64,000 nt of DNA from Octopus vulgaris (Eukaryota), in the NCBI GenBank assembly GCA_951406725.2, contig OX597816.1, positions 97,092,001 through 97,156,000 of the forward strand, read 5' to 3'. The notes beneath the pieces are model-generated. The model had not been told where the DNA came from. It saw nothing but the letters and a program-made list of their open reading frames with translations, and did not search any database. Positions 12,064 to 25,791 of this stretch are shown here, one piece after another (within the stretch, counting starts at the first letter, position 1; each line of letters starts with the position of its first letter). The translations under genes and the position numbers were made by a program.

Positions 12064-13389
12064 CTGTTTTTTTTTAAAGATCTAAAGGAATAATTGATGA
12101 GTCACTCTATTTGGAGACATCTTTTGAACATACCAAAAGTCAAGTTATTTAACGTTATTTAACGACAAACATACCCAGTTTGTCGTTTGACTTCTTAGCA
12201 CATTTGCTGCTGTCTTTTACGTTCCACTCTTGCCTCTAAAGAAGATTAATTCTCTGTCTTTATCTGATTATATCTAAGTGTTTCTGTGACATAGATTCTT
12301 TACTCCTTATTCTCTTCATATTTTTGACGCCTTATATCTACCATCAACAACTTCATTTTACATTCAACATGCTCAGGATTTATCTATGCTCGGCTCTATC
12401 TATATAAAGCAATATATTATGCTCTTCACATTCGGTTATTTATATCTCTTACTTTTGATCAGTAAAACAGTAAAAAAAAAATCCTTATATTTTATAGGAA
12501 ATGGGAAAATTCTAAATTGTGACATCATATATTTATTAAGGGATTTAACAACATTACTGAAGTAGAATGGCTACCATAAGAATTAAGCTCACTTGGATTT
12601 TATCGCATTCTGTGAATCGTTTCTCAAATTTAAAATGTTTGCTAATTAACAAAATATTTCGTTATTTTTTATCAAGTATTTTTAGTTTACTGTTTATAAT
12701 TACAGAATTTTTAGAGCCGTTTAGAAATGGCTATGGACATTAATGTTAATACTCAGCAATTTTTAATGTATATTTCCTGACAGTTTTCTTCACCTTCTGG
12801 TTTTCTTTCTTCTGAAAAATAATTTATACACCCGTTTTCCATGTAAAAAAAAAATCTTCAGATTCTGCTTATATCGCGTCTGTACACTGCCAAACATAAA
12901 TTTCTTTTGAAAAATATTATTATATTTTACATATTTATATTGAAACAAAATTGAAGTATTGTTCTCTTGACACAATATACGTTCTTAAATAATATTACTA
13001 AATATTATCCAACAATAAATTTCAATTGAAAACATAATCCTATTATTTCAATAAGCTTGTATTCAAGTAACGCTATAATGTATATATACTTCTGAGATGT
13101 TTCGTGTGGCTTTTAATAATGCAACAAAGAACTGGAAATATTTCATGAAAATTGAAAATAATCAAGTATTGTAAGAAGAGACATAACCACAAGAGACCAT
13201 TTTTCTTCTTTCATTAGCAAAAAAAAAAACATTAGAAAAATAATTTCTAAAATTATAAAAAAACCGAAAAATGTTTAAAAAAGACATAAACAACCCTCCC
13301 CTCCACAAAGGATGAAAAAAAAAAATACAAAATGTAATTGACATCAGGAGAGATACGTTTCAAACAAAACAATTTCAATTTATAAAAAT

Positions 13390-13519
13390 ATCATCATCTT
13401 CATCATCATTACCACCACCATCATCATCATCATCATCGTCGTCATCATCATCATCATCATCATCGTCACCACCACCATCATCATCATCATCATCATCATC
13501 ATCGTCACCACCACCACCA

Positions 13520-13551
<32 letters not shown>

Positions 13552-13581
13552 ACCACCACCACCACCACCACCACCACCACC

Positions 13582-13642
<61 letters not shown>

Positions 13643-13732
13643 TTACTACTAATACTACTATCTTTTTTTCAATATTAAATATTCCATTCCTTTCCAAGTA
13701 TTTTTGTTTTACTTTATTTTTTATCATAGCTG

Positions 13733-13801
<69 letters not shown>

Positions 13802-14206
13802 GAGATTTCTCCCCTCAACTTTCCTCCACATATTGAATTGAGTTACGATTGTTTCAAGTTTGAAATAATCCGAATCTAAGACTTTGTCAATGCAAGAGAT
13901 TTGAAATACGAGATTTTGGCAGAACTTCTAACAGCGTTATTGCATATTAATCTAACTTTGCCAGCTTCACTATCAACAACAAAAATAGCAACATCAACAA
14001 CAGCAAAAAAAAAAAAAATCAACAAAAACAACAAAAACAAGAAACGTAAGGATGACATCTGACACTTGCATAAAACCAGAAGGCAGGCGGGTATGCAAGC
14101 AATTCTTTCGATTGAGAAGAAGCAGAAAAAACATTTTGATGATGATAATGTTGATAATGATGATGATAATAATGATGATGATGATGATGATGATGATGAC
14201 GACGAC

Positions 14207-14242
<36 letters not shown>

Positions 14243-14660
14243 AATGATGATGATGAGTAGAATCATGTTGTTGTTGTTGCAGTTGTCTATATTTTTGATG
14301 TTGAAGGTGACGACGATCATTATGGTGATGAGGTGATGATTATGATATTTATGATGACGCTCATGATGTTGATTGATCACGAGGACGATGATGATGGCAA
14401 TGATGATGGTGATGGTGATGATGGTGATGATGGCGACGCTGATGGTTATGATTATGATCATGGTGACCATGATGATGTTGCTAATGATGATGCCGAGGCT
14501 TCTGAAGAAAAATGATTATAAGGCTGACAATGATGATGATGGCGATGATGATGATAATGATGTTGATGATGGCGGTTGTGGTGGTGGTGGTGGTGCTGGT
14601 GATGAAAGCGAAGATTGTGATGATGACGATAAATTAAGCGTGCCAATCGAAACGTACCGC

Positions 14661-14692
<32 letters not shown>

Positions 14693-14753
14693 ATGCTGTT
14701 GCAGTTGCAATAAACAACGAAGAAACAAACAAACAAACAAACAAACAAACAAA

Positions 14754-14783
<30 letters not shown>
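13390..14783. repeat. Cluster of compound trinucleotide and tetranucleotide tracts (ATC, ACC, GCC, ACT, ATT, GAT, GCT, AAAC, AAAT)
   Basis: Directly visible; tracts are interrupted by unique sequence. Confidence 0.95.
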
Positions 14784-14784
<1 letters not shown>

Positions 14785-15323
14785 ATGAAAATGCGACGCA
14801 TAAAAACCACCACTGCCAACACCACAACCAACAGCATGAATATCAACATCAACATCAATATTACTGCATTAGCATTAACATGAAGAAAGATAAAAACAAC
14901 AGCAAGAGCCAGCCCCAGGATCCTTAATGTTTAGATGAAGGAATGATTTATAGTTGGGCTTCATGAAATATTTGTCTGATGATTTATATCACAGAATTAA
15001 TCTAGAATATGGCTAACTTTAGTGATACGTTGCATCATCAAACGCTTCAATATATTAATAGCACAAGCACACACCCTTACACACACACACACACACACAC
15101 ATACGCACAGGTACACAGATACACGTACACATACAAACGTGATCATTCACACACACTTTTATAAAACACGCTCATACGTAAAATACATACGAAATATACT
15201 CAGAAGTAAAAAGAAATACGAAAATATTAAAATTTGTATATGTTTATAAATTTAGATACATGCCTACATGCCAAATACAATATATACAAACATACATACA
15301 TATAAACACACACACACACACAC

Positions 15324-15373
<50 letters not shown>

Positions 15374-16062
15374 ATATATATATATATACGTTATATATAT
15401 ACACATTATATATTACATACATGAATACACACATATATGTATACATATATATACATACATAAATACATGCACACACACACACGCGCGTATACATCTTTTT
15501 ATATATACATGCACAAACATACACAAACACATGCACAAATACATATTCATATATATAAAAACATATCTCGCATGCAAATATTTGACCCAAGCGTACACAT
15601 TTATACATCTCATTATACACACATTCACAGTAAGACACTCGCATCTAAACAGACACCTTTATAAACACACACGCGCGCGCGCATGCGTATTATGCACATA
15701 TATATATATATGTATGTTTATATCGGTGTATTTGTGTTTGTGGATATATGTGTGTATTTGTGAATGTGTATGTGGTTGCATATGAAATGGTTTTTATGTA
15801 TGAGTGTATTTAACAGCGCATGTAGGATAGCATAAATTACCACTAAAGTAAGGAAACAGACAGAAATAGAGAGGAATGAGACAAACACGCCATACAGTGA
15901 CATGCATGCGAAAACAATTAAATACACAGAAATATAGACACACTACAACATTTACTTACATATAGTCAGTATGTATATATATATATATATATATGTATAC
16001 AGAGAGAGAGACCAACATATATACACGTACATATGTATGGTTTCATGCATATATGTATATGC

Positions 16063-16172
<110 letters not shown>

Positions 16173-17219
16173 TGGATATACATATATATATGTATACACA
16201 TGCATACATGCTTTTACATATACAAACATACACATACATACACATGCCCACGCATCCATCATAAATGTGCAGATGAAAGACAAGGGAAAAGGGGCTGTAT
16301 TTTGTGCTCTTGGCATGAACAACAAAAGTGAGTCGATAATGACTTGTTAGTCGTTTGACAGGAGTCAGAAGCGCATATAACCTCAATTAGACTCGGTTAA
16401 CATGAAAGTTTAAATAAAATGTATCAGAGCCAAAGATATGCAGTTTCATGCATAAGGATATCCTTCATAAGGATTACTATGTGATCTTACGAAACTGCAT
16501 TAAATTATTAACGTATAATAAGATGATAGACGTGTGCAATTTATTTACCCATCAAATATGCACTGATCGAATTTGAGAGTATCTATCTACTGCAAAGTAT
16601 AAATAGAATTTTAAAAAATCGCCAGATGAATAGAAAATTCAAGCATGACCTTGTGATTAAGAAGTTCACTTAACAATTTAAGTTGTTCTGACAGCGATGA
16701 TAATGCGAGAATACTTGGACAATTGTCCTGAACGATGGTTCGAGCCAATCCAAGACTTTATTAACGAAATTCCGTAGACGTTTGAAACAGGTTGCAGTGA
16801 CTCATTCTTGATTTTAATCGTCTGTTTTCCTTTATAATTCTAAAATCAAAACTTTAGATGTCTGTGCAGTTAAGGCGGTTGCTTCTGTTTTCCATTTCAT
16901 TGTTACTCGTGACGCCTTTTGTAAGTGTCTCCTGACGTAATCAAAATGTGTTATCTAAAGCCCACTGAGTGAAATTTAGGAGAAGAAAATTACATGGAAA
17001 AACTTTGGCGAAACCACTGCTATTCTAGAGTGGTAGATTTAACATATGACCATTTTCAACACCTCTATCACTGACCAATTAGTATATTTAAGCTCAGTTA
17101 AATATGTTTCAGCTATGTAGTTTAAGTCTCTTAACTCGATAATTTGACGTCTTACCTCCTACTACAGAAAAAACATCAGTTGGATTTTCTTTCTCTTTTA
17201 CCCGTTGTCACTAATTCAT

Positions 17220-18213
17220 AGAAAAACGCCGACAGCAAAGGATAATATCATGTGCCACACATGGTAGGGCAGAAACGTTACAAACCGTCTTTCTGGGACT
17301 CTGAAGGACGACTGGTGGTCGCGGAAGCGACGTTTGAAAGATGTACTAGCTTTACAAACTTGGGATGTGGCTATATTCGCACTCCTGGTATATCTCCGGT
17401 CCTGGGGTGCTGAGCTGGCAGAATCGTTAGCACGCCGGGCGAAATGCGCAGCCGTATTTCGTCTGCCGTTACGTTCTGAGCTCAAATTCCGCTGAGATCG
17501 ACTTTGCCTTTCATCCTTTCGTGGTCGATTAAATAAGTACCAGTTACGCACTGAGCTCGATATAATCGACTTAATCCGTTTGTCTGTCTTGTTTGTCCTC
17601 TCTGTGTTTAGCCCCTTGTAGGTAGTAAAAAAATAGGTAACACTGTTGCTGACGCAGTCGATATGGTGGAATGATCCGGCGGTGTTCTCGGTGTGGTTAT
17701 CACTACTGGTCATATGGTTGGCAATGTAGCTGCCGGCGTTAGTACAAGTGCGGTCGGTGGTAACATATGGTGCGGCACCGGTCATCCCATCGGTGTCGAT
17801 GATAATTGTTTGGTCATCATTTGTGGTGGTGGTACTAGGAACGCCGGATACCTCATCTGTGTCGCTGGTCCTGGATTGGTTACCATCTCTAAGTGTGGAG
17901 ATTGTACTAGTGGTAACATGTGGTGCGGGGCTGTGGCAATGGTTTGTTCATCATTCTGTGGTGGTGGTACTGAGGTCGTCGGTTACGTCCTCTGTGACAC
18001 TGGCCCCTGGCTGTGGTAATTGTACTGGCGTGAGATCTGGTTAATCTACTAATATTGCTGTTGAATGGTACATTGCTGGTAATGCGGATAGCAGGTCTAG
18101 GTGTCGCCGTAGCTTCATAGGTGACTCCTTCAGTCTCGCATCGGCCTTCTACAGGACAGGTGTTATATATCCTGCAAGAAACTCTTAGGCCGTGCCTGTT
18201 AAATAATTGCATG

Positions 18214-18250
<37 letters not shown>

Positions 18251-19770
18251 TGTTTGTCTATTAATCTAAGGAAAATCCTTCCCACACAGGTCTTGATGTT
18301 GAGCGAGAAGGGTGGAGCAAACTTAACGACGTTTCTGCGGCGCTTCCTTTTCCTGGTGCTAGGGCCGGGTATGTGGGAGATGCGGTCCTTAAACCCACTC
18401 GATGCTAGTGCCTCATTCTAGTAGGGGGCAGCAGCGTCGAAGATAGCTTGGCTAGAGGAGAGATTCGAGATCCTCTTGCTTGCACCTTTCACTAGGTTCT
18501 TGAAAACTATAGGGGGTGGCATGAAGCTGTGCTAATATAGGACAGTCTCTAATTGTCTTGTGATGGGGTTGTATGTACCAGAGTCCAGATCTAAAGTAGT
18601 ATCTAAGAAATCTACTGTGGTGAGATTAGTCATAATGGTAATATTGGGTCCAATTGAGCCCACGCGCTAATTAGGTCCTTTCTAAGTCTATCTAATATGT
18701 GTTCGTTGGCTCCTCGAGAGATGGCTAGGGAGTCATCTCTGTAGAGACCGAAGAGAACCAAAGGAAACCTCTTCCATAAGATGTCCAGGATACACAGTCC
18801 GATAACATCACAGACATCGGTGCTGTCATATGTTCCCATAGCCACATCAAAGGAGCCCTCGGGGTCAGATAGCTTGACCCATGTCAAATTTTTGCTGAAC
18901 AGCACCGTCTTCCTGGCATGTATGATAAATCTAACATCACTATCACTAATATCTGTGAAGCCCTTAGCAAAGGAAAGTTCCTTCATCAATAACTCTTTTG
19001 AAATTGATGGTTAAAAGTCGGCAATGTCGAACTATGTAAAAGTAGCCCTGCCTCTGTACTGGCTGGCAATAAACCATGAGATTACCTCATTAGTGCTGCG
19101 CCATATTGGGGGACATGTGTGCCTTCTTATGTCATCATTAATCTTTCTCAGTACATATTTACTCGCCTGGCCAATTTCGGACTTGGCCGAGTTGATCAGG
19201 TGGCATTTGGGGTTAGAAACAAAATTCGGCTGTGGTCTTTTAAAGTGATAAAGGCATTTCTCTTGGCCAAGATCTCTACTCTGTTTGCTATACATAGGTT
19301 AACTGCTATCTGTTTAGCCTCACAGTTAATGTTATTATAAGTGTGGGGGGGAAGCACATCTGCATATTTGTATTATAGAATCACTTAAAAGCCCATCGTA
19401 AATGTATGTATCTATCACGTATGTTCTTAGTCTTATCCGAGAAGATTAAGGACCTGTTAGAGTTTCTTAATATGTTGCATATCTTCACGTAGTTTGCTTT
19501 GAAAATGGGAAAAGGAATTTCAGCCTGGATATTGTGCCCAGTACGTCCGTTTCGAATGCCTCGAGTTCCTTGATCTTAGGTGGAAAGTTCCTAGACTTGA
19601 TAACGTACGTATTGGCCTCAGTGGGTAGCATTCAATGATCTTACAAAAAAGCCTTCTATCTCGTGCGCCTTATAAGGTCTATCATTTTCTCCAGTAACAT
19701 TTTCGTGTAGAAATCATTGGAAGGTACTGGGGTATTCTTTGTAGAATACTCTATATCGAAACGTTCCATG
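17220..19770 (-). mobile_element. Decayed near full-length Penelope-like element (RT plus C-terminal GIY-YIG; resembles the Hydra clade)
   Basis: N-terminal YSTKNTPVPS..Y.K.LLEK..DLIRR. RT motifs PKCHLINSAKSEIG, FDVAMGTYD, GLYRDD. EN motifs C.R...CPVEGRC...VTYEA and FKRRFRDHQSSFR. Many stops and frameshifts. Confidence 0.85.
17404..17638 (+). mobile_element. tRNA-derived SINE inserted in the PLE
   Basis: A-box-like AGCTGGCAGAATCGTTAG, B-box-like GAGCTCAAATTCC, central GACTTTGCCTTTCATCCTTTC; closely similar copies at 38286 and 50763. Confidence 0.9.
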
Positions 19771-19950
19771 TTATCCTTGGGGTAGCAATTGATAATGCAG
19801 GGGTCGGTACAGTTAGCAAAGGCAGACGATGTAGTAGTCTTCGTAAGATACTTTGTAACCGGCAGCGGATAGATAGTCAATAAAACATATATAAGAAAAT
19901 AAGCAGACCCTAAAGAGATAGAGCAGTAATGTACGTACACATACATACAG

Positions 19951-20015
<65 letters not shown>

Positions 20016-20405
20016 TAGATAAATATACACTACCGTCAGAAATTAATTAGCACCCTTGATTTGCTCTTCACTCAAGGTATTTGCTGTCACTTAGTGGCCA
20101 TATCTCGAACTATTGCTTTGTTGTGAGTTCACTGTTGTGCAGAACGATGACATAACTTTGTTTGCAGAGCAGTTTGAGAGTCTACAGCCTAATGATGTGG
20201 ACATAGCAGTGCAACAACAACTTGGAGTGCGGATGCAGACAAATCTTCCTTTGTTTAATAGATATAGGTAGCGCCTCGCAAGGACCGAAATCACACCGTA
20301 CTAAGTTTTCTCATCGCGTAAGACGTTTTGAACAGCTCGTAGGTTAATTGATTTGTGTATTTGCAAGATTTTTTTTCCTCACAAATTCTCCTACACTCTG
20401 CTTGA

Positions 20406-20420
20406 TGACGTCACTTCCGG
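20406..20420. promoter_or_regulatory. Composite CRE/ETS motif upstream of the Tc1 transposase
   Basis: TGACGTCACTTCCGG (reverse complement CCGGAAGTGACGTCA). Confidence 0.5.
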
Positions 20421-20597
20421 TTCACAAAACTTTCTGTTATACATCAAATAAGGTGAGAAATTCTGCTTTCTTTCTTTTTTGTTTAATGAATAATAACTCA
20501 TAGCAGTTTTGTTATAGCATAACATTATTCAAATGAATAGTTTTAATGAAAATAACTGGTTTTTATCGTTCATTCCTAGAGGGGCCCAGGATCTCGC

Positions 20598-21545
20598 ATG
20601 ACCTTGGAGAGACGGTACGAGGCTCTCTCGTGGCGTGGGAAGCTGTCGGAGGCTGCAATAGCCAGAAAACTTGGTGTAGCCAGGCGCACAATTCAGTGCT
20701 TATTTAAGAAATACGAGGAAACCAGATCAGCAGCTGACAAAAAGGGTAGGGGACGGAAGAGGCTGACGACCCAGCAGGAGGACCGGATGCTGATCCGAAA
20801 GTCACTGTACAACCGAAGGGCAACAAGCCGGCAACTGGCGGAGGAGATGCAAAAGATGACAGGGAAGCAGTTGTCTACAACCACCGTCAAGACCAGATTA
20901 CTGGAAGCCGCTCCTTACAACCCAAAACCGGAAGAGGCGGCTGCTCTGGGCCCGTACCCACAAGACATGGACCGTGCAGCAGTGGCAGACAGTGATGTTC
21001 ACTGACGAGTCGCGATTCAGTCTCGTCAGTGACAAGCCTGTCCATGTGCGACGCTGCAGGGGTGAGCGCTTCAACAAAGACTGCATTGCTCCCACCATGA
21101 AGCATGGTGGGGGTGGTCTGATGGTGTGAGGGGCGTTCAGCTACAGTGGTGTTGGGCGGCTCTATGCCGTCGAAGGCAACATCAACGCAGCAAAGTACGT
21201 TGAGGTAGTACGGGATACCTCTTTGGTGGCGAGGAGTACGTGCTCCAGCAGGACAACGCGCCTTCCCACACAGCCAAGCTCACAACCGGTTTCTTCAAGG
21301 ACCATGGGGGGACGGTCATGGACTGGCCTGGCCAGTCACCTGACCTGAACCCTATTGAGAACCTCTGGAGTCGATTGGGTAGGGATTTGAATGTGCAGCA
21401 ATACAGGAACCGACACGAGCTGTTTGGGGCACTTCTTGCTGCATGGAGGGCCATCCCTGCACAGTACCTGCAGGCACTCATAGACAGCATGCCGACCTGC
21501 GTAGCAGCTGTCATTGCTGCCAAAGGAGGAGCAACAAGATATTGA
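20598..21545 (+). pseudogene. Tc1 transposase pseudogene
   Basis: HTH with GRGRKR linker, FTDESRF, QQDNAP-34 aa-E (WPGQSPDLNPIENLW). Frameshifting deletions near 20908 and ~21210; in-frame TGA at ~21127. Confidence 0.92.
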
Positions 21546-22014
21546 CTAAATTTGACGTTTAATAACAATTACGTGGTGTACTGGGATATGTTTTAATAAA
21601 TTTTTGATTAAAAACGAGTTCGTTTCTGATAATAAGTTAATTAAAGCTCACAACCGGTTTCTTACAAGGACCATGGGGGGACGGTCATGGACTGGCCTGG
21701 CCAGTCACCTGACCTGAACCCTATTGAGAACCTCTGGAGTCGATTGGGTCGGGATTTGAATGTGCAGCAATACAGGAACCGACACGAGCTGTTTGGGGCA
21801 CTTCTTGCTGCATGGAGGGCCATCCCTGCACAGTACCTGCAGGCACTCATAGACAGCATGCCGACCTGCGTAGCAGCTGTCATTGCTGCCAAAGGAGGAG
21901 CAACAAGATATTGACTAAATTTGACGTTTAATAACAATTACGTGGTGTACTGGGATATGTTTTAATAAATTTTTGATTAAAAACGAGTTCGTTTCTGATA
22001 ATAAGTTAATTAAA
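21276..22014 (+). repeat. 369-bp tandem duplication of the transposase 3' end
   Basis: Identical C-terminal peptides end at 21545 and 21914. Confidence 0.95.
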
Positions 22015-22107
22015 TGTAAGAAAATGTAGAAATTTGAGAAGTGCTAATTAATTTCCGACTCAAGTGTAAATATAAATATAAACATAAATATAAATATGAA
22101 TAAATAA

Positions 22108-22204
<97 letters not shown>

Positions 22205-22839
22205 TTGTGTGTGTGTGTGCGGGTATGTATATATGATTATATATATATTTATATAACATGTATATAATATAAATTAATACACAAACACATTTATTATTCA
22301 CCATCACGTAGTAATATTTTCTTGCCATATATTTCGGGAAATAGCAACCAAAGCTGCCCTAAACCATATCCCACTGTCTTTCAACAAATGATAGAGAGAA
22401 TAACAATTTGAGATGATGAAGTACTATCAAAAGTAGAAACGGGTGAAGTCGGAAATATGTAGTCATGTGAGCTAAAGAAGGATTTGAAAATATGTTTGCG
22501 TGACGTCTCTCTTGTTTTGTTTGGTCCTCGCTCAATCATATATCCTTGTATTTTTTCTTTCTGACACTACCTCTCTAATAGGGAAATAGAAAGTGATAAA
22601 GAATGAAAAGCGTACGAGAAAGTGAAAGAGGAGAAAGAGAGACAGTGTGTTAGAAAGACGAATAGGAATGATGGTGAATGATTGTCATATACAGAATCAT
22701 TGAGAAACAAAAGATTAGAATTTCTAAATGTAGCATCTTTAAATACGAAGCAGATAACCTCTATGACTGATGGATAAGTTTACCTACTGATGGCATTTAA
22801 AACAGTGTCAGATAAATGGAAGAGCTCGTTTAATAATTA

Positions 22840-23032
22840 TTTCTAATTTTGGCACAAGGCCGGCAATTCTGAGGGGAAGCGGAAGACGGTTACATCGACC
22901 CAAATGCTCAATTTCACTGATCGCTAAAGGATGAAAATCACGGTGGGCATCGGCGACATTTGAACTCAAAACGTCCAAAGCCAATATGCCAATGAGCATT
23001 TTGTCCGGTGCATTAACGATTTTGGTAGCTCA
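22840..23032 (-). mobile_element. Degenerate SINE related to the 17404 family head
   Basis: Minus strand GAGCTACCAAAATCGTTAATGCACCGGAC...GAGTTCAAATGTCGCCGA...TTTCATCCTTT. Confidence 0.6.
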
Positions 23033-23474
23033 TAACATTTTAGTTAAAAAAATATGTTATGTTCATGATATCTGGATATCACATGGTACCTTTGATATTT
23101 TGATACATGCATGTGTATATAAGAATGCGTAAAACTATGTATAGTACACACACACACGCATATAATGTATACATATATATATCATGTGTAAGAAAATGGA
23201 AATAAAAAATGATAATTGATAAACAATTATTATTTATGGACAACATCATACATACATACATGCATACACATATATATATATAAATATATATATATATACT
23301 ATCATTAAAGACCCGTCGTTGCCGGATCATAGTGCTAGTGCATATATATATGTGTATATATATGTGCACATATTACATGTACATCTATATATATATACAT
23401 CTACACATAAAATACAAAATACAAAGTTATATCTTGATATCGCTAGTGATAACAATACTCAAAATATATAACAG

Positions 23475-24294
23475 ACTGGAATTGTTAGCCCGTCTCTTGT
23501 AATTTCGATCAATTGTATTTTGTCCTCCCTCTTGTATAGAAGTGTGGCTACAATCCAGCCTACCTCTACTTCGGGGGGGGGGGGGGGGGTTAAAAAATTT
23601 TTTCCGGGACGTCCTACGTCCCAGATATAAAGGTAAAAATAAAATATTTCCACTTTGCAAGTTCGAGTCGAGTACTCCATTGCACGATCCGTTGACTCGA
23701 ACCTTGCTTCTATTGTGGCGAATTTACCGCCTCTGATTAGATACCTTTCATAGTCGCACCAAGACACTTTTCGAAGGTGCTTTCCTCCATGTGTTCAAAT
23801 CTTCTTTTTTCTCTACATTGTATACTTTATAGACAATAGTCTTTTCTTTAATTTAATTTTTTATTATCCATCTGGACTATTTCCTTTCTGCGCGCGAATT
23901 TTATTTATAATTTATTCCCATTCATGTGAAACCACTTATTCAAGTTCAAATCATTGATGCAATTTTATACCAATTGCTATTTTTAATTTTGTTATGTTAC
24001 TTTAATTTGATTTTAATTATTACTTACTACATATAATTCAATTGTTATTATTATTTTTATTGTTAAAGTGAAGGTATCTGACATAAAATAGATAAATGTT
24101 TTTGTTTCACTTTTAACACGTAATACTGAAATAGTGGAGAAGATAAGATATTGCTATGGGCTCGCTCTAGGCAAGAAGTTGAACATTTTGTTTTTGTCCA
24201 TGAAACTTTGAATGAAATTGGTTATGTAGTTCTCAAGTTTTAGGGAAACACACAGACAGACAGACACACATTCTCAGTTTTATATATATAAAGA
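23475..24294 (-). mobile_element. Possible non-autonomous Helitron-like element
   Basis: Minus strand starts a|TCTTTATATATATAAAACTGAGAATGTGTGTCTGTCTGTCTG and ends CGGGC..CCAGT (degenerate CTAGT). A hairpin plus CTAGT stub also lies at ~23298-23339. Confidence 0.45.
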
Positions 24295-24468
24295 TATATA
24301 TGTATTTCGTTTTTGGATTTGGTTTGCAAGAGTATCAAGACTATTCAAAAGGTTGTAAGACGCATGGAAAATTTTAGGAAAATAAAAATAAGAAATAAGT
24401 GGAAATTTTACTGGTGAGTGTATTAAATTATAAGGCACAAAAACAATGACTCTAACCAAACACAACAG

Positions 24469-24568
<100 letters not shown>

Positions 24569-25457
24569 TGTGAATGTGTGTGTGTGTGTGAATGTGTGTG
24601 TGTACGTGTAGCATAGCTGCAACAGTTTTCGTCAATTAACGTAATATAATAGGTATGTACTATAAGTTTGGTTTACCATTCAAATTCTAACTTGAACTGC
24701 AACTGAAATGTGCTGCTGGAATAGTCCATCAAACGTGGCTAGAAGTGGTTCATGATTGAAGAGGGAGATATATACATTGAAATACATAATAAGAAAGCAA
24801 AGCAGCATCATTCTAGAACATTTCATTGATAATTTAAGCATAATGCAGAGTACTTAAAATAAATACGTAGTCTCTTCAACTCTTTCTAGAATAGCTACAC
24901 ATGTATGCGATTGAGTAAAGAATTCCACGTAAGCTAAGAATTCCGTCTCTTCCGACGCTTTCCAACGAAAATTTGATTAATTCGAAGATGGAATTAGTAA
25001 CTTCCAATTATCTTTTACCATGGATTCTCCTTGAGAATTCACCTACGGAACTGCTAACATCTTTTACTTCGGATTTTATTAAATCTTCGGTCATGGAACT
25101 ATCAAGCATATCTATTTTCCACTCAGGAAATACTTTGGTTTCTCGAAGAACTGGTAGCTACTAATAACCTCGACTGAGTATGTTCTACATTTCTATATTT
25201 TCTTATTTCTTTCTTTCAGATGACGAAATACTTAGCTTACGTAGAAATCCTAACTGAATAACATATGCCCCACATGCTTACCTGTTCTACAAATAACTGT
25301 AAGAAACTTTACGTATCTATTATAACTACTCTGCATTATGTTTATAATTATGAATTAAGAGCTCTAAAGTGATATCATATAGTTTCATAGTTCATTATTA
25401 GATTGATGTGGGTGCGCGCACACACACACACGCACACAGACACACTCACATACAAAC

Positions 25458-25544
<87 letters not shown>

Positions 25545-25758
25545 GCATATATATATATACGATATGTTCACACGTATGCTGATGCAAGTGCATCTATATA
25601 CATTGCTTGTGTGCATATTTAGATGAATGTATATATTCATAGAGATATACATACACCATCTCCTCATGACTGTATATAGCCTATAGTGTTGCGTTCCATA
25701 TATATATATATACATACATACATATACACATGCATTAATATATAAACATATATATATA

Positions 25759-25790
<32 letters not shown>

Positions 25791-25791
<1 letters not shown>

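Larger units (their letters stand above)
20028..22066 (+). mobile_element. Tc1-family DNA transposon (DD34E), defective
   Basis: TA-CACTACCGTCAGAAATTAATTAGCAC ... GTGCTAATTAATTTCCGACTCAAGTG-TA imperfect TIRs with TA flanks; transposase inside. Confidence 0.92.

Noticed and set aside
16273-16327. Possible host exon (cag|ATGAAAGAC...AAAA|gtgagt)
   Set aside because: Weak polypyrimidine tract, no recognisable product and no partner exons; needs RNA-seq.
17140-17185. Degenerate HHR downstream of the minus-strand PLE
   Set aside because: Position is plausible but GAAA and the core are mutated.
24865-25240. Unique sequence with short open frames and a strong acceptor at ~25219
   Set aside because: No recognisable protein motif; frames are short.
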